Counted from the stretch's first letter, positions 1 through 9,793 are shown. The stretch is 59,582 bases of DNA from a bacterium (GCA_003251635.1 QKEW01000017.1:1-59582), one strand, 5' to 3'. Numbers and translations: made by a program. Notes: a model not told the origin generated them from the letters alone.

Positions 1-150
1 GTCTTGATCCCAAATGGTATCTTGATTGATTGTCAGAAATTCCTGGGCTGAAGCTGAGGATTTTTTAGAAAGAAGATGGGAAAAATCAAATGGAGCTAGG
101 ATAAAAAAGAGAATGAAAACAAAAATGGAAGCTTTTTTGAGAGCATTCAT
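1..150 (-). CDS. partial CDS (N-terminus only, continues past the left edge); signal-peptide-like protein
   Basis: ATG at 148-150 overlaps the stop of the upstream ORF (ATGA). My translation is MNALKKASIFVFILFFILAPFDF..., with a hydrophobic N-terminus. The frame stays open to the window edge. Confidence 0.35.
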   Translation of the reverse strand, partial: MNALKKASIFVFILFFILAPFDFSHLLSKKSSASAQEFLTINQDTIWDQD

Positions 151-437
151 TTTTTTGAAGATTTGAAGTATTTAATTATTAGGAAGATGTTGATAAGTGG
201 CCAGATGAAAAGAGAAAAATAAGCTAAAAATTCTAAACTATAAGAAATAAACATCCTAGATCCAATATTCACCAAAAAACTCAAATTTCCCAAAATCGAA
301 AAAACCAAAAAAGCCTTAAACTTATTTTTACTTAACCCTAAAACAATTAGAGCGATTATGATTGAAGCGCCCAATAGGTTTAAACTTACTTTTAAATCAA
401 AACCTGGATCAGAAAAAAACATTTTCTTTTTCACCAA
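147..437 (-). CDS. small hydrophobic membrane protein, unknown family
   Basis: 96-aa ORF with several hydrophobic stretches (IIIALIVLGL, LVFSILGNLSFLV, FSLFIWPLINIFLII). It is translationally coupled to the next ORF. Confidence 0.45.
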   Translation of the reverse strand: MVKKKMFFSDPGFDLKVSLNLLGASIIIALIVLGLSKNKFKAFLVFSILGNLSFLVNIGSRMFISYSLEFLAYFSLFIWPLINIFLIIKYFKSSKK

Positions 438-651
438 TTTCCACCTTGAAAACCCAAGATGAAAACGGATTAATTTAATTTTTATTTTTTATTATTCTAT
501 TCCTATTTAAAGCTCCAAAAGGCCTTAAAACAGAAATTAATTTACATCCTCAGTGATATTTTATCATCAATGTAAAAACCGGTCAAATCTCAAAACAAAA
601 ACGCAAAAAAAAATCCAATGCAAACAAAGAGCGAAATTAATTTTAAATAAA

Positions 652-3093
652 TTATTTCTGCGGTCTTTTCAAAAAATCCAAAATCTGCATCCAAACCAAA
701 GCCCAAAGCCAGATGAAAATTATCCAACCCAGGGAAATCGGCTGCATGAACAGACCAAAGAAAGCAAAAAGACTGGCGACGATTTGAGTTGCCGCCGTTG
801 CCCAAATCACCTCTCGACTTGGCAGAAAACGCCACCAATGTTTTTTAGTGTGCACGACATAGATCAACAGATGTCCGGAAACCGTCAGCTTGAGAAAAAA
901 CAAAGTTTGAATGAAACTCCAATCCAAATGCCAAAGATTTCGCGCCAGAATAACCAACAGAAAACTGTTCAAGGTTCCAACCAGACCAAACATCGCACTC
1001 TCTTTGAAACGCTTTTTGGCGTCGATATGAGCCGGCTTGGTGGCTATTTTGACCCGATTGAAAGCCAAGGAGATGATCGGGATGTCATTGAGCAAGGCCA
1101 GTAAAATCAATTGAATCGGAGTCAGCGGATAAATTCCATAAAAAATTCCCAAAAATAAAATGGCTATGATAATTCGAAAACTTTCCGACATCCGATAAAT
1201 CGAATAGGTGTAGAGTCGGGTAAAAATTTTGCGAGACTCAATGATCGCATCTCGGATGATTGAAATGCCGCTGCCAACCAAAACCAAATCAGCCGCACTT
1301 TTGAGAGCATCCACCGCATTTTTCACCGCAATCCCGACATTAGCCGCTTTGAGAGCCGGCAAGTCGTTGATTCCATCGCCGGTTACCGCCACCAAATAAC
1401 GTTGCTGAGCCAATTGCACCAAATCATATTTATCAGCCGGAAATATTTCCGCAAAAGCTCCGGTTTTTTCAAAGTCTTCCGTCGGCAGATTCGCCAAACT
1501 GCCTTCGATCATTTCCCGATTTTTCACTTCCCCTTCAATACCCAATTGACTGGCAATGCGACCGACAATCGCTTGATTGTCTCCGGAAAGCATTTTGATT
1601 TTGATCCCGCTTTTTTTGATAAAATCCAAAGTGCTTTTCGTGCCCTTGTCCAAACTGTCTGAAAAAAGCAACAACCCGACCAGACTCATTTTCTTTTCGC
1701 CAGCCGTGTGATTTTTTATTGCCAAAGCCACCGTGCGATAGCCCTTTTGAGCGGAATAGGCAATATCCTGTTGAAATTTTTGTTTGGTTTTTTCATCCAA
1801 AACACAAAATGGTTCAATCACTTGAGAGGCTCCGGCTCTGATGCGCAGTTCCTGACCATCCGCCAAAACTTCCGCCGTGCTTCTTTTGCGCACCGAATCA
1901 AAGGGGATAAAATCCAAAATTTTAAATTCTTTCTCCAATTTGAGTTCGGATATTTTTCGACGGACAGCCAAATTGATCGGATTGCGATCATTTTCTTGAG
2001 TGGTAAAATAGGCCCATCGCAAGGCTTGCTCCGAAGAAAATTGACCATAGGTAATAATTTTTTCCACCACAATTTCATTTTTAGTCAAAGTCCCGGTCTT
2101 ATCCGAAAGCAACAAATTGACATTAGCAATGTCCTCCAAAGCTGAAAGGCGCCGCACGATGGTTTTTTTCTTGGCCAAATCCAACACGCCAAAACTGATG
2201 ATGATGGTCATCACGGTCGGCAAACTGATTGGAATGCCGGCGATGATCAAACCCAAATCCAAAGTGATGATCTCCCCCAAAGGTTTTTGCTTGAAATAGA
2301 AAACCACGGACAAAATCGCCACTGCCGCCAAACTCAAAAAAGACAACCATTTGGAAATGTTCAAAATATCTTTTTCCAAAAGACTGCGTCGAACAGTCTG
2401 ATCGATTGAAATCAAAATCTTTCCAAAATAGGTATTTTTTCCAGTGGCCACCACTCGGCAACGAGCCCAACCCAAAACCACAAAAGAACCGGAAAAACAT
2501 TTTTCTCCTTGATTTTTTTCTTTGGGCAAAGATTCTCCGGTCAGAGCCGCCTCGTTTATGGACAGATTCTTGCTTTCCAAAATTTCCACATCAGCCGGCA
2601 CAATATCACCGCTGCCCAATTCAATCACGTCTCCCAGAACGATCAATCTGGATTCCACCAAGCGCCATTTTCCGTCACGAAAAATCTTAACCTTGACTGC
2701 CAATTTTTGACTCAATTTTTCGATGGCGTTGTCAGCTTTCTTCTCCTGCCAAAAACCGATGGAAAAATTGAGCAGCATCAAAAAAAGAATGAAATAAAAA
2801 TCAAAAATCTTATCAATAAACAAAGACAGGATGGCCGCCGCCAAGAGCATCAAAGCAATCGGCGAAACAAACCAACGGATAAACTTCAAAAAACCACTAA
2901 TTTTCTTGGTTTCAATTTCGTTGTAACCGTTTTCGGCAATCAATTTGTTGACCTCTTTTTGTTTTAGTCCGAGTTCTTTTTTCATTTTGTTTTTGTCCAA
3001 CAAAAAATTAGAATCTTTCTGAGATTTTTTTGAGATATTTACATGATAAATCACTGTCACTTTCTCTTTCATTTTACCAAAAAACTTGGCCAT
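652..3093 (-). CDS. cation-transporting P-type ATPase (type III H+/Mg2+-pump-like)
   Basis: 813 aa with the P-type signatures TGES, DKTGTLT (phospho-aspartate site) and GDGINDLPALK hinge, plus multiple TM segments at both ends. Confidence 0.92.
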   Translation of the reverse strand: MAKFFGKMKEKVTVIYHVNISKKSQKDSNFLLDKNKMKKELGLKQKEVNKLIAENGYNEIETKKISGFLKFIRWFVSPIALMLLAAAILSLFIDKIFDFYFILFLMLLNFSIGFWQEKKADNAIEKLSQKLAVKVKIFRDGKWRLVESRLIVLGDVIELGSGDIVPADVEILESKNLSINEAALTGESLPKEKNQGEKCFSGSFVVLGWARCRVVATGKNTYFGKILISIDQTVRRSLLEKDILNISKWLSFLSLAAVAILSVVFYFKQKPLGEIITLDLGLIIAGIPISLPTVMTIIISFGVLDLAKKKTIVRRLSALEDIANVNLLLSDKTGTLTKNEIVVEKIITYGQFSSEQALRWAYFTTQENDRNPINLAVRRKISELKLEKEFKILDFIPFDSVRKRSTAEVLADGQELRIRAGASQVIEPFCVLDEKTKQKFQQDIAYSAQKGYRTVALAIKNHTAGEKKMSLVGLLLFSDSLDKGTKSTLDFIKKSGIKIKMLSGDNQAIVGRIASQLGIEGEVKNREMIEGSLANLPTEDFEKTGAFAEIFPADKYDLVQLAQQRYLVAVTGDGINDLPALKAANVGIAVKNAVDALKSAADLVLVGSGISIIRDAIIESRKIFTRLYTYSIYRMSESFRIIIAILFLGIFYGIYPLTPIQLILLALLNDIPIISLAFNRVKIATKPAHIDAKKRFKESAMFGLVGTLNSFLLVILARNLWHLDWSFIQTLFFLKLTVSGHLLIYVVHTKKHWWRFLPSREVIWATAATQIVASLFAFFGLFMQPISLGWIIFIWLWALVWMQILDFLKRPQK

Positions 3094-3100
3094 CCCAAAA

Positions 3101-3124
3101 TAATACGTATTATAATCCTTACCA
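3101..3124 (-). promoter_or_regulatory. promoter-like motif TGGTAAGGATTATAATACGTATTA (minus-strand reading), 8 nt upstream of the ATPase ATG
   Basis: Contains TATAAT. A 21-nt identical copy lies at 9811-9831, and the motif is related to the 26-bp palindrome at 24864, 26205 and 26863. Its distance to the ATG implies a very short or absent leader. Confidence 0.5.
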
Positions 3125-3199
3125 CTTCTTTAAGGCATAACAAAAACGCCTCCGCTACTGGAACAAAGGCGCTTTTTTCAAGGCTATTAAAAACAAACC

Positions 3200-3263
3200 C
3201 GGGTCGAGGACAAACTCGGGTCGAGGACGGTCCTCGACTCATAGGAACCTCGACTCATAGGAA
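3200..3263. repeat. compound repeat/hairpin cluster: 2x CGGGTCGAGGAC followed by 2x CCTCGACTCATAGGAA
   Basis: Direct copies lie at 3200-3211 and 3217-3228, and tandem 16-mers at 3232-3247 and 3248-3263. GTCGAGG is complementary to CCTCGAC, so alternative hairpins are possible. The cluster sits between the PAP2 stop and the ATPase promoter. Confidence 0.6.
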
Positions 3264-3272
3264 CTATTGCGA

Positions 3273-3932
3273 CTACTTCACTCTTCTGGCAAAAGTTTTG
3301 CCAACTGTTTTTCCAATCAAACTGCCCAAGATAACGCCAGCCACCGCTTCGGATAGCCAATGAATGCTCATAGAAACTCCAACTGCTACATAAAGGGCGT
3401 AGCCAAGCGCCAAAACCCTGATCCATTTTTTCTGAGGAAAAAGTGTCACTAAAGTTGTGGCCAGAGCGAATGAAACTGTTGCATGTGACGAAGGCCAACC
3501 CCAAAAAACTCCGCCTCGCCAAAAACCAAAACGAAATCCTCGACTGACATCCAAGCTGACCCCGATCACATAGTCCAACGGCGGATGCAAACGTCCAGTA
3601 AAAACCTTGAAGAAAGAAGAAAGTAAAAGTCCCAGCAAGGCTGCTTGAGCTGACGCCCAGGCCGTGTTTAGCAAAACGAAACTTTTTTTGATTCGCCCGA
3701 TAATCCAAAGGATTAGCGGCAACAAAATTGGCAGCTGACCGCCAATAATGACTACCGGAAAAAACCAAAGTCGCCAAAAAGAACTTTGCAGATGCGAAAA
3801 CCAAAACCAATCCAGACCGCTTTCAACAATCACAAAAGTTAACAAAAAAATCAGCCCCAGCCAAAGCCAGTTTTTCCTACCTCGAAAAACCCCGGTGATA
3901 TTTTTGAAAAATTGATAGAAAAATGGAAACAC
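3273..3932 (-). CDS. PAP2-superfamily phosphatase (membrane)
   Basis: 219 aa, polytopic. PAP2-like motifs are PSSHAT and SMSIHWLSE, plus KVFTGRLHPP. Confidence 0.7.
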   Translation of the reverse strand: MFPFFYQFFKNITGVFRGRKNWLWLGLIFLLTFVIVESGLDWFWFSHLQSSFWRLWFFPVVIIGGQLPILLPLILWIIGRIKKSFVLLNTAWASAQAALLGLLLSSFFKVFTGRLHPPLDYVIGVSLDVSRGFRFGFWRGGVFWGWPSSHATVSFALATTLVTLFPQKKWIRVLALGYALYVAVGVSMSIHWLSEAVAGVILGSLIGKTVGKTFARRVK

Positions 3933-3983
3933 TGTTTGTTGCGTTTTAATTTACGTAAACATTTACTTACATGTGTAAGTAAA

Positions 3984-4754
3984 TTATTTTGATTTACTTT
4001 TTTTGACAACAAAGTTCGAAATTAATTTTATCATTTTATTAAAATCTTCCTGTCGGGAAAATTTGTGATCAGCTCCAGGTAATATTTCCAAAACACAATC
4101 AGGAATAATCTTAGAAATTTTTCGAGCTTCTTCTACTAGAATAAATTCATCCTGATCACCCTGCACCATAATCGTTGGGATTTTTATTTTTGCTCCAGCT
4201 TCAAAAGCGTTATTGTTTTCAAAATCTTCAACAAAGGAATAATTTAATTTCAAAATAGTTCCACTGCCATTTACGTAATCAATTACTCCGTTTTCTTTCC
4301 AATGCCTCATTTCATTTTCTCCCTTATATCGCAATTCTTCTTGATAATAATCGACAGCACTGCACTTAAGGCCCAAGACGAATAAATCGTTACTTTTAGA
4401 AGCTGCCATAATTGAAGCAATTCCTCCAAAACTGGATCCAACCAAGCCAATTTTGGAATATCCAAGCGCTTTCACATAATCAATTGCTGAAAAAATATTT
4501 TCAACAGCCTTTGATATGGTTATCTTGGCAAAATCACCCTCACTTTCTTCATGGCCAAGAAAATCAAAACGCAAAGTGGCAAATCCCTTTTCATTAAACA
4601 CTTTTTCCAAAACTTTATTAGTATAAGAATCTTTTCCGGTCGAAAAGCCATGACAAAGAATCACAATTGGCGCACTGGTTGCATTGTCAGTGTTTGAAAT
4701 TATTCCACATAATTTCAAACCATCATTCCCTTGAAAATATATCTTTTCTTGCAT
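3984..4754 (-). CDS. alpha/beta-fold hydrolase
   Basis: 256 aa with the HGFSTGKD oxyanion region, the GSSFGG nucleophile elbow and a C-terminal GADH histidine. Confidence 0.8.
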   Translation of the reverse strand: MQEKIYFQGNDGLKLCGIISNTDNATSAPIVILCHGFSTGKDSYTNKVLEKVFNEKGFATLRFDFLGHEESEGDFAKITISKAVENIFSAIDYVKALGYSKIGLVGSSFGGIASIMAASKSNDLFVLGLKCSAVDYYQEELRYKGENEMRHWKENGVIDYVNGSGTILKLNYSFVEDFENNNAFEAGAKIKIPTIMVQGDQDEFILVEEARKISKIIPDCVLEILPGADHKFSRQEDFNKMIKLISNFVVKKSKSK

Positions 4755-4803
4755 TCGAGCCGTATTAAAATTTTATAAATCAAGCTTTCTCTTATTTTAC
4801 CAC

Positions 4804-4830
4804 AAAACCCTGCCGAAAAAACAGGGTTTT
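4804..4830 (-). terminator. hairpin AAAACCCTG-N9-CAGGGTTTT
   Basis: Perfect 9-bp stem with U-rich flanks, immediately downstream of the DUF218/SEC-C segment. Confidence 0.5.
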
Positions 4831-4859
4831 GATTGGTTTGTTTGTGATTTTACAGTTTT

Positions 4860-4967
4860 TTAGTTACGTCCGCAGCAATTTTTGTATTTCTTGCCACTAC
4901 CACAAGGACAAGTCAGCACAAATCTATTTCCCCCACTTGCTGTTTTCCGTAGATTGTTTATTTTCAT
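4860..4967 (-). other. orphan SEC-C zinc-motif coding segment (35 codons), out of frame with the overlapping DUF218 ORF
   Basis: My translation is MKINNLRKTASGGNRFVLTCPCGSGKKYKNCCGRN*. The last 57 nt (4856-4912) match the 3' end of secA (5631-5687) at all but one position. Confidence 0.6.
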
Positions 4968-5574
4968 ACCCACCAGGCCATTTTTTATTAAAAAAATCAA
5001 CCTCATTCACGATACCCTTAAAATAAAAAGGGGTTTCATACAACAAAATATTGCGAACGCTCTCACTGTCTCCGTCTTCAATATCGTCTAATAAATTATG
5101 AAACATTTTTAATGCTCTAGGTTCTTTATCTATAGATTTCGGATTTTTGGACAAATCATCATCAATAAAGACAAATTCAAAATTATGATCAGCTCCTAAA
5201 ATTTTATTGGCTAAATATTTTGTACGATCACTGACTACCCTTGAATTATAAATAACAATTTTATTCGGGTTTAAAACATCCATAATCGGCTTAGAAAAAG
5301 CAAAATTACCAGCAGTTTCCGTAGATATATCTTCTTTGACAACTTTAGCATTACTCATTTTTTCCTGAACATATCTTTTGCAAGTTTCCGCTTCTGTTAT
5401 TTGTGGCAGATTTTCAACACTTGGTCCTCGGCCCGACAGCAAAAACAAACAATCTTCATTTGGATGATTCTTGGCATAATCAATAGCCATGTCCAATCTT
5501 TGCTGCAACCATGGACTTGGTCTTCCATTCTCCGTGTGAGCTGTTGGGACATACAAGATTGTTTTTATTTTCAT
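4924..5574 (-). CDS. DUF218 / YdcF-ElyC-like protein
   Basis: 216 aa. The LLSGRG...ETAGNFAFS...VIYNSRVVSDR pattern is typical of DUF218. The stop lies inside the out-of-frame SEC-C segment. Confidence 0.65.
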   Translation of the reverse strand: MKIKTILYVPTAHTENGRPSPWLQQRLDMAIDYAKNHPNEDCLFLLSGRGPSVENLPQITEAETCKRYVQEKMSNAKVVKEDISTETAGNFAFSKPIMDVLNPNKIVIYNSRVVSDRTKYLANKILGADHNFEFVFIDDDLSKNPKSIDKEPRALKMFHNLLDDIEDGDSESVRNILLYETPFYFKGIVNEVDFFNKKWPGGYENKQSTENSKWGK

Positions 5575-5634
5575 TTTTTTTATTTCTAATTTTATATATT
5601 GTCAAATCCCAGCTTTATTGAAAAATGATGTTTT

Positions 5635-8304
5635 TTAGTTACGTCCGCAACAATTTTTGTATTTCTTGCCACTACCACAAGGACAAGGTTCATTACGACC
5701 AACCTCGGCAGTTTTGACAATCGGTTTGGCCTTAACCTCTTTTTTGGCATTGCCAGATTCTTCAGCTTTAATGGCACCAAATTGACTGATATAACCACCG
5801 CCGCTATATTGCGCATTTTGCGGAATTTCTTTGGGTGTTTCGGTTTTTTGCGACTCGGCTGAAATTTGAGAAATCCTATAAATTGTCCGCACAATGGTGG
5901 CTCGAATATCTTCCATCAAATGGGAAAATAAATGAAAAGCTTCTCGTTTATATTCCACCAGAGGATCTCTTTGGCCATAACCCCGAAGACCGATGCCTTG
6001 GCGCAGATAGTCAATTTCATCCAAATGATTCATCCACAAAGTATCAATGGTTTGCAAAATGATAGCTTTTTCAATTTTGCGCATCGCTTCACTGCCAATT
6101 TCCTTTTCCTTACTTCCATAAACATGCTTGGCTTTACTGATGACAAAATCGGCAATGATGGTTTTCTTTTCAGCAATTGTCTTGGATTTGTCATTTTGAA
6201 TTTTTTTCAACTGAGCCACATTTTCTCCGGAAAAAGGAAAGATATCTCCAATTTCAGCTGCCATTTTATCGCTTTCCCAAGAATGATCCTCGTCCGTACA
6301 GAAAACCGAAACAATTTGTTCGACTTGTTCCCCGATATAGTCAAACATTTCAGATTTGACATTTTCCGCCTCCAAAATTTCCCGTCGTTTCTTATAGACC
6401 ACCTCGCGCTGTTTGTTCATGACATCATCATATTCCAAAACATGCTTTCGGATGTCGAAATTATAGCCTTCAATTTTGGATTGAGCACTTTCGATGGTAC
6501 GCGAAATAATTCCGTTTTGGATTGGCTGATCTTCCGGCAAGCCCAATTTATCCATCAAACCTTTCAAACGATCACCACCAAAACGTCGCATCAATTCATC
6601 CTCCAAAGAAACAAAAAATTGGGAAACACCGGGATCACCTTGCCGACCGGCTCGACCGCGAAGCTGATTGTCAATTCGCCTAGCCTCATGTCGTTCACTG
6701 CCCAAAATGAAAAGTCCTCCCAATTCTCGCACGCCCTCTCCCAATTTGATGTCGGTACCGCGTCCAGCCATGTTAGTGGCGATGGTTACTGCACTCTTTT
6801 GTCCAGCTTTGGCGATTATCGCAGCTTCTTTTTCGTGATGCTTGGCGTTGAGAACTTCATGCTCGATTCCCTCACGTCCCAACAAACTGCTCAGATATTC
6901 CGATTTTTCAATCGCAATGGTTCCCACTAAAATCGGTTGACCAGCTTGATTAACTTCTTTGATTTTTTCCACAATGGCTTCAAACTTGCCCTTTTCAGTT
7001 TTATAAATTATATCCGCCAAATCTTTTCGAACTAGATGCTTATTGGTCGGCACTTCAGTCACTTCCAATTTGTACACTCGAAAAAATTCTTCGGCGCTAG
7101 TGGTGGCAGTTCCGGTCATACCGGAAAGTTTTTCATACATGCGAAAATAATTTTGAAAAGTGATGGTTGCCAAAGTTCGTGATTCCTTTTGAACCTCCAC
7201 ACCCTCCTTGGCTTCAATGGCTTGATGCAAACCATCGCTATAGCGACGACCTTCCATTAAACGTCCAGTAAAATCATCCACGATGATTACCTGATTGTTT
7301 TTAACCACATAGTCTCGATCTTTTTTGAAAATTACTTGGGCCTTGAGAGATTGCTCCAAATGATGAACATAGCTAATTTTTCCAACTTCATAGATGTTGC
7401 CGATTCCTAGCATACTTTCGATTTTGGAAATTCCCTGCTCAGTCAAAGTCACCGCCTTCATTTTTTCATCAACTTCATAGTCTCCGGTTTCTTTCAAGCT
7501 CGGCACAATTTTGGCAAACTGCTGATAGAGCTTAGTCGATTCACTGTCCGGCGCTGAGATGATCAAAGGGGTTCGAGCCTCATCAATCAAAATTGAATCG
7601 ACTTCATCAACAATGGCAAAATTCAATTTACGTTGGGCCATCAAAGAGACGCCTTGCACCATATTATCCCTAAGATAATCGAAACCGAATTCATTATTAG
7701 TTCCATAGGTAATATCAGCCCCATAAGCCTGGGGCCGTGAAATGGATTTGAGGTTTTCATCTTGGTTAACCAAGGGACCGTTTTTTTCCATCTCCTCATC
7801 TTGATCTTTTTTCGGTTCAAACAAATAGGAAGCTTGATTGACGATACAAGCCGTTTGAAGTCCCAAGAAATGAAAAATTTGTCCCATCCAAGCTGCATCG
7901 CGTTTGGCCAAATAATCATTGACGGTCACCACGTGAACGCCTTTGCCGGAAAGCGCGTTGAGGTAAATCGGCAAAGTTGAAGTCAGCGTTTTCCCTTCTC
8001 CGGTTTTCATTTCAGCAATTTTGCCTTGGTGCAAAATGATGCCCCCTAAAAACTGCACGTCATAGTGTTTTTCACCAATCACCCGACCAGCCGCTTCGCG
8101 CACAGTCGCAAAAGCCTCCGGTAAAATTGAATCCAGACTTTCGCCTTCCTTTATTCTTTTTTGAAACTCAGCCGTCTTGTCTCGCAACTGCTCGTCCGAA
8201 AGTTTTTCCAACTCAGCCGCTTGAGATTTTATTTTCTCCAAAATTGGATTAAGCTTTTTAATTTCCCGCTCATTAGAACCAAATATCTTACTTAAAAATG
8301 ACAT
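5635..8304 (-). CDS. secA: preprotein translocase ATPase SecA
   Basis: 889 aa with MKTGEGKTL Walker A, DEVDSILIDEARTPLIIS, TNMAGRGTDI and the C-terminal SEC-C motif CPCGSGKKYKNCCG. Confidence 0.97.
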   Translation of the reverse strand: MSFLSKIFGSNEREIKKLNPILEKIKSQAAELEKLSDEQLRDKTAEFQKRIKEGESLDSILPEAFATVREAAGRVIGEKHYDVQFLGGIILHQGKIAEMKTGEGKTLTSTLPIYLNALSGKGVHVVTVNDYLAKRDAAWMGQIFHFLGLQTACIVNQASYLFEPKKDQDEEMEKNGPLVNQDENLKSISRPQAYGADITYGTNNEFGFDYLRDNMVQGVSLMAQRKLNFAIVDEVDSILIDEARTPLIISAPDSESTKLYQQFAKIVPSLKETGDYEVDEKMKAVTLTEQGISKIESMLGIGNIYEVGKISYVHHLEQSLKAQVIFKKDRDYVVKNNQVIIVDDFTGRLMEGRRYSDGLHQAIEAKEGVEVQKESRTLATITFQNYFRMYEKLSGMTGTATTSAEEFFRVYKLEVTEVPTNKHLVRKDLADIIYKTEKGKFEAIVEKIKEVNQAGQPILVGTIAIEKSEYLSSLLGREGIEHEVLNAKHHEKEAAIIAKAGQKSAVTIATNMAGRGTDIKLGEGVRELGGLFILGSERHEARRIDNQLRGRAGRQGDPGVSQFFVSLEDELMRRFGGDRLKGLMDKLGLPEDQPIQNGIISRTIESAQSKIEGYNFDIRKHVLEYDDVMNKQREVVYKKRREILEAENVKSEMFDYIGEQVEQIVSVFCTDEDHSWESDKMAAEIGDIFPFSGENVAQLKKIQNDKSKTIAEKKTIIADFVISKAKHVYGSKEKEIGSEAMRKIEKAIILQTIDTLWMNHLDEIDYLRQGIGLRGYGQRDPLVEYKREAFHLFSHLMEDIRATIVRTIYRISQISAESQKTETPKEIPQNAQYSGGGYISQFGAIKAEESGNAKKEVKAKPIVKTAEVGRNEPCPCGSGKKYKNCCGRN

Positions 8305-8385
8305 ATTTTTCGTTTTTAACTGTTTAGCCTGACTATCAAAACTGCTTTTTCACTGAAATTATAGCACCAATCTATTTTACTAACA

Positions 8386-8414
8386 AAAATCCCCGCCGTC
8401 CAGCAGGGATTTTT
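8386..8414 (-). terminator. hairpin AAATCCC-N-GGGATTT with T/A runs on both sides
   Basis: Stem-loop between the hpf stop and the secA start. Confidence 0.45.
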
Positions 8415-8436
8415 TATTGAAAGCTAAACTCATGCC

Positions 8437-8802
8437 CTAAAATCTCGCATTTTCATCCAAAACCGCTTTTTTCTTGATTGATCGAGCGCCACGTTCGCGC
8501 AAAGTTCGGACTTTATCTTTAGTGTCCACCACCTGTTTTTGTAACTCATCCACCACCAAATCAATTGACGCTTCCAAGCTTTCAGTCGTCTCCTCGGCCC
8601 GAAAAAGCTGACGAGGAGTTTTGACCATGACCTCAACCCGAATAAACCCTTTCTTATCCGCATCAACCTCAACTTCGGTTTGAACTGCCTCATCGACTAT
8701 CCGATCCAAAGTAGCCAATTTCTTCAAAATATAGTCTTTTTCTTTTTCTTCAATCTCCAAGCCTTTTCCCATAAATCTGACATTTTCAATAACTTTTCCC
8801 AT
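8437..8802 (-). CDS. hpf: ribosome hibernation promoting factor / RaiA family
   Basis: 121 aa. Its size and beta-alpha-beta pattern (ITEKEKDYILKKL...VEVMVKTPRQLFRAEE...SLEASIDLVVDELQKQV) are typical of sigma54-modulation/HPF proteins. Confidence 0.82.
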   Translation of the reverse strand: MGKVIENVRFMGKGLEIEEKEKDYILKKLATLDRIVDEAVQTEVEVDADKKGFIRVEVMVKTPRQLFRAEETTESLEASIDLVVDELQKQVVDTKDKVRTLRERGARSIKKKAVLDENARF

Positions 8803-8824
8803 ACTTTTGTTTTTTAATTATTAA

Positions 8825-9793
8825 TTAAAAACCCACATAACGAACTTCTTCCTCCAACTGAATTGCATATTTGCTTCTAATTTTCTGCTTGATCAAGCTG
8901 GCTAAAATAATCACGTCCTCCGCAGTGGCATTTCCTGTGTTGATAATGAAATTTAGGTTTTTTTCACTGATCCTAGCGCCACCAATCTGTTTGCCTGCAA
9001 GTCCCGCTTCGTAGGCGAGCCAGGTCACCGGTATTAAATTTCCTACAATAGGTTTTTTTCCTGTGTCTCTTTCGTATTTGGATAACAAATCCGTATCTGA
9101 AACTTGAGGATTTTTGAAAAAACTTCCTGAACTTCCGACCCAACCTTTTGGTTTTTGGTCAACTCTTTTTTGAATAATGTCTTTTGTTTTGGAATCTATT
9201 TCTTCCCTATTGCCTTTTTTTAAAATAAAAGTTGCGCCAACTATAACAAAACTTTCCTCTTTTTTAAAAATACTGTCGCGATAACCAAACTTGCACTCAT
9301 CTTGCGAAAACGATCTTACCTCCAGTTGCTTTGAATTAGTATCAATAAACTCAACGCTGTGCACGAATTTTGAAATACCAATCTCGTTCAAGTCATAGGC
9401 TCCGGCATTTCCGCGAATAGCTCCGCCGATTGTTCCCGGAATTCCAGTCAAATCCTCAAACCCCCTCAAAACATTCTTTGCTGCAAAACCGACTAAATTT
9501 GACAGAAAATCTCCACCCCAGCACTTAACCAAAAGATCATCGCCCTGCTGTTCAATCTCATATTCAAGATTTTGACCTTTCAGCTTTATGGATAGACCAT
9601 CAAAGCCGTCATCGCTGACAAGAACATTCGAACCGCCGCCCAAAAGAAAATATTCCAAACCCTTTTCCCTGGCAAACGTCAAAGCCTCTTTCAAATCCTG
9701 CGCATTGTCGACCTCGACAAAATATTTCGATGATCCACCGATTCTAAAAGTTGTCAAAGGAGCTAACTCAACATTTTTTTGGATATTCAACAT
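8825..9793 (-). CDS. murB: UDP-N-acetylenolpyruvoylglucosamine reductase
   Basis: 322 aa with the FAD-binding N-terminus (LAPLTTFRIGG, LLGGGSNVL) and GSFFKNP in the C-terminal domain. Confidence 0.92.
   Translation of the reverse strand: MLNIQKNVELAPLTTFRIGGSSKYFVEVDNAQDLKEALTFAREKGLEYFLLGGGSNVLVSDDGFDGLSIKLKGQNLEYEIEQQGDDLLVKCWGGDFLSNLVGFAAKNVLRGFEDLTGIPGTIGGAIRGNAGAYDLNEIGISKFVHSVEFIDTNSKQLEVRSFSQDECKFGYRDSIFKKEESFVIVGATFILKKGNREEIDSKTKDIIQKRVDQKPKGWVGSSGSFFKNPQVSDTDLLSKYERDTGKKPIVGNLIPVTWLAYEAGLAGKQIGGARISEKNLNFIINTGNATAEDVIILASLIKQKIRSKYAIQLEEEVRYVGF

Noticed and set aside
553-3363. Several plus-strand ORFs (553-1104, 1402-1662, 1708-2145, 2509-2967, 3043-3363) and alternative-frame minus-strand ORFs.
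   Set aside because: All lie antisense to or inside the well-supported P-type ATPase/PAP2 genes. Their translations are low-complexity and Q/K/R/F-rich with no motifs. They are typical shadow ORFs of an AT-rich gene.
5932-6930. A 332-aa plus-strand ORF.
   Set aside because: It is entirely antisense to secA, whose identity is unambiguous. Its composition is skewed and it has no recognisable motif.
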